This document shows positions 25,401 to 34,682 of a DNA stretch of 64,000 nt, piece after piece. A program made the translations under genes and the position numbers. This DNA comes from Andalucia godoyi And28 (lineage: Eukaryota; Protista; Jakobida). The DNA lies in the NCBI GenBank assembly GCA_009859145.1, contig VRVR01000019.1:93073-157072 (forward strand), in the 5' to 3' direction. The first letter of the stretch is position 1; each line of letters opens with the position of its first letter. The notes below the pieces were generated by a model. That model worked only from the letters and a program-made list of their open reading frames with translations, did no database searches and had not been told where the DNA came from.

Positions 25401-28400
25401 CCACGTCAGATGTTTCCGCAGACAGCAACGCAATACTGTCGGAAATGACTCGAATGGCAGTGATGTTTCCGTTGTCCACATAAAACTGCGAGGTTGCCAC
25501 AATAGATCCAAATTGAAAACTTGTTCCGCAGATGGTAATGACCGATTGAGCAGCAGAACCGATGGCCACACCCATAACCTCCGGGAAGGCCTTGACAATT
25601 TCTCCAGTAATTGGCACAGTGAATGAATAATGTACAAAGGCAGTCCACATGCCGCTACCAAACTGAATTCTCACAGGAACAAATCCCGACGCGATTCGCG
25701 GGACGTTGCATTCGAAAGTTAAACCAGACGCAACGGAAAATGCCCGGTATTCGTGGCCGTCACTTATCGTGCAAGATACAATGTCCACGAACGAAGGCAG
25801 TGCCGATTGCACAGAAAACGGCAAGGCGATATACTCATCCTGCTGGTTGCTCACAAATGTGGCAAGAAGGTTCGAAGGACTAGAGCTGATATTCAGTTCC
25901 ACAAGTCGAGGTACCAGAATAACACTAGCCGCCAACTGCTGCCGCATGTCAAGTGACCACGACACATTCATCACGTCCGCCGATGTCCGAACACCGGACG
26001 AAACAGGAAGCGGGCACGAAAATGTACCCGAAGGTTCCTCCGAAGCTGCAACAAACGTCTTTCCGTTCAAGAAGCAACCAGATCCTGGGTGTTGCCCGAC
26101 ATCACTTGCAAGCAATATTTTGTTTCCTGACGAGTACTCTGATCCAAGAGAACCAGCAAGCACTGTCACTATTGGACCAGAATGAACAGTAACAGCTGCA
26201 CCCCCCAAGCCTTCTGACAGCAGGATTGTCGTATCATTCTGAAATCCAACACTGCACCATACCAATCTGTCCTCCCCTGTAGGGACTGCAGCATTGACAA
26301 CAAAATACTTCGAGCTGACAAAAAATATGCTGGAGCTCGTTGCACCCGGAGCAACGCTGCCACTTTGGCCAACGATCTGAAGGCGGAGCGCGCTCGTGTG
26401 ATGTGCCATAACGCCAGTGCTCTCGAACATCAGCAGCGTTTCAAGTCCTGTCATGATGCTGTCAAAAACAGCACGCTTCACAATGATATCAGCAACGTAC
26501 TCAAATTTGAAAGACGGCATGTATTGCTCATTCGACTCCAGACCACTAATGGATACTGCAACGAACCCAGCAGCATGAGCAGGAGAGATGCAAGAACAGC
26601 GGATGCCAGTACATTCCGCAGCAACCATCGACAGCCCAAATGAGCAATGCGTGACAGCAACAGATCGATTGACAAGCAATGTAACCGATGTACCTCCTCC
26701 AACGCGTCCAAAGTAGGGATATGCATATGTTATGTTGCTTTCGATCTCCACAGCAAAGGTAACTGCGGATACCAAGGATCGTGAGGACTGGTGGGGATAA
26801 CTGTCTCCGACAGTCACCGCTGACAAGCCACCGGGGAACAACAATGGCAGTCGGCATACGCACGATGCTTCGGAAGCCCAGACTGACTGAATACGAGTCT
26901 TATCAAAGAAACAAGAAACGTCCGCATCTTGGAGGCCCGCAAATGCTTCTCCAACTACCGTCACCAAGGCACCGCTTCTGTATGTCCCGATTGTCGGTTC
27001 GACTCCAAAAACGGTTGGCTGACGGACAGCGAGTAATCGGTGGTCGTCGGATGGGAATGCAGCTGACATAGGATCAACATTGTTAATACCGTTACTGGAG
27101 ACGGACAACGACGACGGCCCAATGAACGCGGACGTGGTGTGCCTCGCAAGCAGGCACGTAGAAGACACGGCAAGAAGGCGAGACGAGTTCAACACCGTCG
27201 ACGCGAAAATGCTTCCATCACTCACCAAATGTACAGAAATTCCGCCCACTGCTGTCGGAGTCACAAAATTCGCACCAGAAATGGTCAGCAACAGAGAGCC
27301 CATGATACTGTATGTCCGTGGATACACTGTGAACACATGGGGAGAGGGGACTAATTCGAGGGACGCGCTCAGGAGACCCCGAACACCAGATCCATCTTGA
27401 TGAAGCAATTCCACCGGCTGGAATCCAAAACTGCTCCTCTTTTGCACCGGAAAAACAACAGTCTGCGCTCCTCCATCCACACGCAAAGAACCCACCTCTT
27501 CGATACCACCAATCCTTGCAATCCACTGGTATTCATCAGCAACGGCGAACGTTCCAGACAGAACAACACCTGCCCAGCTACCTCCGCTGGAAGAAATGCG
27601 AGAGCGGACTTGCAATGACCCGACATCTGCAGCACCTTGAATCACCGACCCGTTGACAGCGGAAGAGTAACGCAACACCGATACCCCTGCACTACCTGCG
27701 GTCAGCGATGCACACGCGCGCGGCTCAACACAGATGCCAACCGGGACGTGGCGGAAAGAAGTAAGGCCATCCACAAAAAGCGCAGGTGCAGCACAGCGCA
27801 AGCCCCCATGGGAGTCAATGACCGCTTCTACGACAACTCGACTGTCGAACAGGCAGCGCGCCAGCGCCATGTCCTGAAGAACGTGTTCTCCATCAAGAGC
27901 AAAACGCACATCCTGACCACCAGCTTGTTGCTGATCCCAAAGCGAAACATTGAGGACCATGGGCCGCGGCCGCGGTCGCACAGACAACGTGTCCTTGACC
28001 GCAAAATTGCGATCATTTGCAGAGACTACCAGTGCGAATCCCTCTGCAAAACTGGGGGCTTGCAGCATCGAGAGTGATATGTCCGCGAGCAGCACAGCAG
28101 ACGACACCGCAGTACAGATACAATGCGACGTGATGTTAGGAGCCGGAATACCAGCGAGACACACCCGGGTGGTCATGTCGGCTCCTGCCACGTCAACTCG
28201 GCCCCGCAAGAAATGGCGTCCAGTGACTGTCAACCTCACGGCCTCCAGCACATATCCAATGGTAGGATACACGTCCGATACCACCGGTTCCCCGACGTAT
28301 TCAAATGGTATATCCGTCGCCAGGATGTGGGATGATCCAGGATTTCCAGCGTCTATGGTTGCTATTTCGATTGTTACATATCCTTTGTTCGGAGGCGTCG

Positions 28401-31400
28401 TTCCGAAGACACAGTTGCCTACGAAGTTGCCTAATGTCGGTGTGCTTCCGAATGTCAAGATAAACTGCGTATATCTTGAAATGTTCAGAACTGGGTCCCA
28501 TGAGCTGACATTGAATGGCGTGAGTAAGATTTCTGAGCCACCTGCGGAGCTTCCAAACCGTACGTTCTGAGAAGCAGAATAATTACTAGAGATTTCAGTA
28601 ACATGCAACGTTGCTGCGAAGTCGTAATCGAGCAGACGCGGGCCTACGGACAGCGAGACTTCGTACGCACCTGGCAAGAGGAGAGGTGGCAAGCAAGAAA
28701 TATGGCCGGATGCGACGTCTGTTCTTGAAACAATTGTTTTCCCAAAGCGGCACTGAGCAAGATTGGTGGATCGTTCGTCTAGTGTAGACGGAAGAACGAC
28801 ATCAATGGGGGCATTAGTCCACAAAATGTACAAATTTGGGCTCACAAGAAGTGTGTTTGGCGTAATGAAGCTCGGGATGGAGCATGCCGACTCGTGTACT
28901 GAGGAGTTTCCAGATGCGTACAGCAATTTCGAATAATTCGTGATGAGCGCATCTGCCAGTGGTGGAAACTCGAGAATGATGACTGCTGAAGAAATTGCAG
29001 ACTTGCTAGCACAAGCCTCGCCGAAAGAAAAGCAAAGATCGGTGTTGTGAAGAGCAGATCCAGTTAAAACAAGGAAATGTGAAGAATTCGAAAAAAGAGG
29101 GCCACTAAAACAGTAAGCAATAGACGGATCTTCTTCTATGAACAGCCCGCCAGCGAGCACAACCGACTCCATGTTCAACGTGCTACTCGCCAAATGCAAA
29201 GAGTAAAAGCCTGGGCGAAGGTGATCAATGTAGAAAATCAGCCTCTCTGTTGATGATGCAAAATCTAAAAGAAACGATGCACTGCCTACATGCAAAATGT
29301 CATGGACTCGCCCACTGAGGTTCCCGATAACGCTGATTTCGTAAACATCCTGGATCTTTTGGACGCTCGACAACGAAAAATTGCCTGATGTACTTTGAAC
29401 GCCTATCGTCTGCGGTGTTGTCAATGGACCAAAGACAGTTCCGCATGCAGCCTCTATACCGTCAGAATCTGGAAGCAACGGAACAGTTGGAGAAACTGAC
29501 ACGTCAAATGAAGTTTTCCCAAGGAAAACCACGCTCGCACTGTCTGTATAGATAGAGAGTGCGCTGCCGGATAGCAGAGGATTTGTTTGAAGAGTTATCA
29601 GACATCTGCTTTCCTCCACATACAGGATATCCGATGACAGCTGAAGTTTCGCTCCAAAGGAAGCAACGGACACAAACGCGCTGGGGTGTTGGGTGAATTG
29701 TTGAAGAAGAGACGCTGTCAAGTGAATCGAAAAGAGGACCAGTGATGAGGAAACAACAGAAGTAGAATTTGCTGAAATACCTTCGGATCCTGCGAATACC
29801 AGCAAGTCTGCTGGAATGTCCTTCCCTGATATGATCATTCTTGTGCCTTTCGAGAACGACAACGCACCAATAGATGTTGGAGGTGTATTTGAACGATGCG
29901 GCACTTGTAGCGATGAAGAATTGGTCAGCCTGTCTGGAGAAATGAATACGTCAATGGTACGGAATCCTCTTTGGAGAAGGGGAAGCACGCAACTGAACTG
30001 TAAGCCGGAAGAAGCCTTCCCAAGAGATTCAATTAAAGCATCAAAAGAACAGACGACCAAATCAGAGTTTGAAATTGCAGAAGCAAAAGACAGCTCTAAC
30101 ATGTCTGAGCTTGCCGAAATAATGGAGAACTCCAATCGTGGATTCACAGATAGGAACTGTGGAGTGTGGGACCGATAGTTAGAAACTTGGAAAGCCATGA
30201 GTATGGATCCAGGTTTCATAACCGGGGTCTTGCACGCGATCGTTGTGAACGTTGACTCCGAGGGCGCCACAAACGTTTTGTTCCCAAAAATACAGAAATC
30301 GATCTCACTACATGGGGCCCCGGAGAATGAAAGGAGAGCTCCTCCTGCTTCTTGGAAGTCTGAAAACGATGAAGACAACATCGCAGGTTGTGAGACAGAA
30401 GACACTGAAGAGAGGGATGCCGGAAACGAAATTCCGTCCACTGAATAATCCAACACCAATGTCGTGCCATCTGCGTACTCCGAAGAGAACGGGCACAAAA
30501 CGAGCGACGAAGAAATGAAGCTCGATAAAACAGAAGAACGGAGTCCAAATCGGCAAACAGCTGTCGACACGCGAGAAAAAAACTGTCCTATGACTGTAAA
30601 TAACGTCGATATGGATTTCACAGCTTTGGCTGGGAACACCTGAATGACCGACGGAGTTTCCACAATGTGCAGAGCTACGTTTCCGAAAGAATAGTCAAAG
30701 TGATTGTTCGACACACTCAACTCGGCAAAACCAGGGCGGCGAGACGTGACATCAAACGTTAACCAACTCGTATTCTGAGCTTTCGCCAGATATTCGTCAA
30801 GATTCAGCCGTGCACTGATAAACCTTGGAAAATCAGAAGAAAAAGATGATCCTCCAATTCCCAGCAGGTACGAGGTGCCTGAAGTTAGCGTTCGACGTCC
30901 CAGAAAAGAAGTAGTTCCAACCGCCGCCACGAAAACAGAAGATAGAGATGGATTTGGAATGGAGAAAAACTGAGCCTTCGCAATGGAGAAGTCGTGATTG
31001 TTATTGGATACTGCAATCTGGCCCATTCCAATAATACTCGGAACAACGCAAGAAAGCTCATTTTCGCTCACGAACGTCGCAAGTACAACAACAGTTGACG
31101 AAAATTCGAAACGGCATCGGAGCAGAGTCGTATCGCGGAAGTTCTCGCCCACCACAGTAACAACAGTCCCTTCGGCTCGGGCTCGCGGAATTGTGTAATT
31201 CGCTCTCGGAAATTCGGTCCAAGGGTCTTGATACACAAAGGTGGCAAACGACTCAGACGGCTCATCATCGTTGTACATAACAGCCACTTCCAAAGAGCCG
31301 AAAATGGTTTGCGGTGGAGCAGCAAAGACAACCGTTGACGAGGTTGAACCGGAAAGCGGAGTGGCGAGTTCGCTTCCGACTTTCGTCTTTAGTGTTCCAT

Positions 31401-32523
31401 ACGACGTCTCAATAGGAAAATTTGCTCCTGAGATTGTTATAATCGTCGAGACAGTACCAATTGTTGGTGTGATTGAGGACACGATGATTTGCGGAAGGTA
31501 CAGGAAAGAGGTGGCATGCACAAAATTCTGCTTATCTGTGGACAGATCCACCTCCCGCACGGTTCCAAAAACTTTCTTCGGAGAGACACAAACTAACGTT
31601 GCTGCACCAAGGATTTCTGCAACAATGTACTCCACATTTGTGCTGCCTGCATCGGAAAATCTGCACCACGGAACTTTTGTGGAATCAAAGTTTGCACCAG
31701 AAACCGTGATTCTTGTTCCTCCAAGTTCGGAACCCCTTCTTGGAATTACGGACGATACAGTCATGACTGGCAAAGAAGTGAATGTGTGTCCGTTGCAACT
31801 GAATCCTATTTTTGCAATGTTCACTTCAAGACTAAAAACCGTCCGTTGTGAAGCGAAAACAGGGGCAACGCACACAATGTGGTCCCAGGATACATATGTC
31901 GGAATAACATCCGTGACAACGGCTTGATTCCCGTCACTGAACCGGCATATCCTGTCGTTCGTACTGGAAATGTTCAGAAAGCCTTTTCCGAATACTGTAA
32001 TGGCTGTTGCTCCGTTGTGGGGTCCAGAGGTTGGGAAAATCCCGTCGATTCGGAACGGCTGACGAGCGTGGATACTAAGAGAGGTTATTGCAAATGACCC
32101 CGCTGCCGAAAATCGGATTTGCTGATGTATTGTCGAATCTGCGAGATCGGGGCTGCTCCATTGTCGAGCCAGTGCTGATCTGTGAATTTGAAACTGCGTA
32201 AGGCCGTTGACCGCTGTCAACACTGCTGGCAGCCAGTCATTCGTAGCACAATCTGCGGCATCTGCCTTATTGCATGATTCAACTTGCGGCGCTGCACCTG
32301 AGGATGCAAAGGTCACGTTTCCACCAAACTGCAGATTGACGTTTCTGATGTATAATGGACCTGCAGAAGAAACCCCGAGGGATACGGAAGATCCTGCGCC
32401 ATTTGTTATTGTGTAGGCGGAAACGGGACAGAAACTTTCCTGGCTCAGCTGAACCTCAGAGAAGACAGTGCTCGAAACAGAGAGGAGAATCAACAACAAA
32501 ATGTCAATAAATATTTTCATCAT
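10485..32523 (-). CDS. Giant membrane protein (about 7345 aa if the frameshift is corrected): signal peptide, long IPT/TIG array, GCC2/GCC3-like Cys-rich repeats, about 11 TM helices
   Basis: The 6921-aa ORF 11758..32523 has a signal peptide (MMKIFIDILLLILLSVSSTVFS), many IPT motifs (e.g. VSSVIPRRGSELGGTRITVSGANF, LSPAFGPVSGGTLVNVSGTGF), CPxGxxC repeats and 3 TMs. It turns into non-homologous-looking sequence after MWKKK. The overlapping 584-aa ORF 10485..12239 continues with about 8 more TM segments from KNHVVIAAL. No clear introns seen. Confidence 0.85.
12175..12183 (-). other. A9 homopolymer at the frame junction of the giant gene
   Basis: Minus strand reads ATG TGG AAA AAA AAA TCA CGT. 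Removing one A gives ATG TGG AAA AAA AAT CAC GTG (MWKKNHVV), which joins the two ORFs. Confidence 0.8.
14000..15600 (-). repeat. Tandem Cys-rich GCC2/GCC3 (ephrin-receptor-like) repeat block of the giant protein; boundaries approximate
   Basis: Repeating CPPGSFC, CPKGFEC, CTPGSF, CPAGKVC, CPFGVYC, CPTGYYC, CPQGTYS, CPAGFFC, CEAGYYC, CPEGTTS pattern. Confidence 0.85.
21230..22143. repeat. 914-bp direct repeat, copy A (inside the giant CDS)
   Basis: Reads the same as 27392..28305 (offset 6162 = 3 x 2054). ORF-track translations in several frames are identical between the copies (e.g. 21475..21915 and 27637..28077). Confidence 0.93.
27392..28305. repeat. 914-bp direct repeat, copy B (inside the giant CDS)
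   Basis: Encodes FEYVGEPVVSDVYP...QPVELLHQDG, which appears twice verbatim in the 6921-aa translation. The flanks diverge abruptly. Confidence 0.93.
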
Positions 32524-32983
32524 GAATCGGGCTGAGAATATGCATTATGTTGTCAGAGAATAACAGTGATTAACAAAAGTGCAGATTCAACAAAACAAAA
32601 TCAAAAAACCAAAAAGGCGATGTGGGGTTTGGTGAATGGGGATTCCCAATGCCTGCACACAGCGCGCTCGCTTTCCGAATGGTTGAGAGAAAACCACACC
32701 TGTGGTAAAGTTCTCGAAAATGTCGCCGAAATGGTGTCTATGACGTCTCTTGACAGATGCTTCACCATGACAGCTGACGCTGCCGCGCGGCTGTAGTAGT
32801 ACGATTCCTGTCCTTCCTCCCTGACCCCTCTCCTCTTTCTGCTTTTTTGCTCCCCGCCCTTCTGGAGGGGCTGGCTTTCAGAAGCACATCCAACGCGAAA
32901 TTTCCCTGCGGCGATCGTGCAGCGTGATCTGTACAAGCCCAGCGTCTCCAGGAGATTAATCCAAAAAAGGAAGGGCAAGGAAA

Positions 32984-33409
32984 ATGTTTGGCATGAATAA
33001 CATGCTGATTCCGGCGCGTTTTTTGTTTACGATGGGAAACTTCTTGGTTCTTCTGATGATGTTGAACACTCGTGGTCCGAACGTCAAGGCCTCCGTTCCT
33101 ACTTCTTATTCCCAGAGTCAGTACGACACAGCGGATTCATCTCTCAAGAATGCCATTATCGTCAGCATAACATGCATGTGCGTCGATGTCATTGGCCTAT
33201 TCAGCTCATTTTCTATGTTTTCACCATTTATGAACAGTTTGCATGTTCTCTCCAAATTCATCGCGACTCTTGTCCTGTCACTGTTTATTTCCGAAAAGCT
33301 GAATTATGTTGTGGTTTGGTATGTCTGGGGGTTCATTACGTTTCCCGTTACATTTCTTGAGATTTGTCGAATAGCGCTTATTGCGTGGTCCAACAAGATG
33401 GAGTACTGA
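32984..33409 (+). CDS. TMEM107: Ciliary transition-zone membrane protein TMEM107, 141 aa
   Basis: LIPARFL start, NVKASVP...YDTADSSL loop, FSSFSMF and WYVWGF...FLEI, with 4 hydrophobic segments. Matches the TMEM107 pattern and size. Confidence 0.85.
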   Translation: MFGMNNMLIPARFLFTMGNFLVLLMMLNTRGPNVKASVPTSYSQSQYDTADSSLKNAIIVSITCMCVDVIGLFSSFSMFSPFMNSLHVLSKFIATLVLSLFISEKLNYVVVWYVWGFITFPVTFLEICRIALIAWSNKMEY

Positions 33410-33499
33410 TTTTTGAGGAGGGGTTTGCACGCAAGTTGCAAGTTGTACATAAGAGATGGTAAATACAAAACAAAACAGAACAACAGCAACAGCAACACA

Positions 33500-34309
33500 T
33501 CAGCTCTTTTCCGAGAGGGATTCGGACGGTGCAGCCATCAAATCTTTAGCCTCGACAAGATCCACGTACGCCGACGACGCCGGCTGGCTGAGTGGTTGAG
33601 ATCCCGCGGTTTCCAGTTCAAGCTCCGCAGTGGATGCACCACGAGCACTTTGAAGAGGCGTCTCGGCACCGGAGTCCTTGGTTGCCAGAGCCTGCTCTTC
33701 GTCACGTCGTTCCACTGCCACTGGGAGTGTGCTATCGTTGACGAGATTATTTTCCGGCGTCTCGGAAGGACCAGAGGTCTCAAGTTTCGACTTCTTCGCA
33801 GCCGGGCCAGAACCGTCTTCGGCTGTTTGCGGCGTGTGACGGTCCACAGCGTCCACACCCTGGGGTCCAATATGTGAGAGGCTCCGAGAAGGCGCCCCCT
33901 GTCCAGCCTCATTCATCACATCTGAGGGCATGGCGCCTACTTGCTGCGTGTGAAGGTTCTGCATTTGCAACCGAATCTTGTGCGAGATGTTCTCCACGGA
34001 AACCAGACGTGCGTTCGTAACCTCATGCTGCAGCCTCATTTTCTCTTCATCTGACAAAGCCATACCTAACAGAGCCTGCTCCAAGACAGATTCCAGGCGC
34101 CTTCCTAGTTCGGACTTCAAATGGAGTTCGCTATTTAGCATCAGCGCCAGGCGCAAATTTGAATCGGCGTAGGAGGACAGTGCCGTTTTCTCCGATTTGA
34201 AATCGTCAATCTCGTTTCGTAAAAGCTGCCGCTGCAGCTGCAGATTTGCATGTTCATCTACAAGTCTCTGACAAAACTGCGCTACTTTGGCGGTTGACGT
34301 GTGCGGCAT
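33500..34309 (-). CDS. Groucho/TLE N-terminal (Q) domain protein lacking WD40 (AES/GRG5-like architecture), 269 aa from the ATG at 34309
   Basis: FCQRLVDEHANLQLQRQLLRNEIDDFKSEKTALSSYADSNLRLALMLNSELHLKSELGRRLESVLEQ...EVTNARLVSVENI aligns by eye with the TLE Q domain (CDRIKEEF...LASEKTEMQRHY...GLNIEMHKQ..I.KRL...AVERAKQVTM.EL). It is followed by a disordered acidic tail with an NLS-like PAAKKSKL. The ORF-track upstream extension to 34426 is probably not real. Confidence 0.7.
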   Translation of the reverse strand: MPHTSTAKVAQFCQRLVDEHANLQLQRQLLRNEIDDFKSEKTALSSYADSNLRLALMLNSELHLKSELGRRLESVLEQALLGMALSDEEKMRLQHEVTNARLVSVENISHKIRLQMQNLHTQQVGAMPSDVMNEAGQGAPSRSLSHIGPQGVDAVDRHTPQTAEDGSGPAAKKSKLETSGPSETPENNLVNDSTLPVAVERRDEEQALATKDSGAETPLQSARGASTAELELETAGSQPLSQPASSAYVDLVEAKDLMAAPSESLSEKS

Positions 34310-34682
34310 GTTTTCAACGCTGAAAATTCCGAGAACGAGGAGCGAAAGGAATTGTAGAGGGGGTGCGCGGAGAGAAAGAAGAGCGTAGTGGAAGCGGAAG
34401 CGGGAAACCCACACACGTTCCAGCACCGCAAATGGGGACGAGTTTCGAAAAAATCAAATGGCTTTCTTTTTTACTTGGATTGATGCTGGAATCTAGAACA
34501 CTGGAATGTGCTGTTCTCGCTTGTTTTGTTTGCTCTGACTTCTGACTTCGTGCCTCTGACTCTGCTGCGTCTTGTATCTCTCTTCCTTTCTCTCTCCCCG
34601 TTCTCTCTTCAATTTTCCATCCTCTTTTCCCCCCTTCGTACTGTTTTTGTCCAGTGGAGCTGCAAACGCCCATATATACAGC

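Noticed and set aside
224-32416. Dozens of short plus-strand ORFs (T/E/K/N-rich) across both giant genes
   Set aside because: They are antisense shadows of the long minus-strand frames. They have no family motifs, and many use non-ATG starts.
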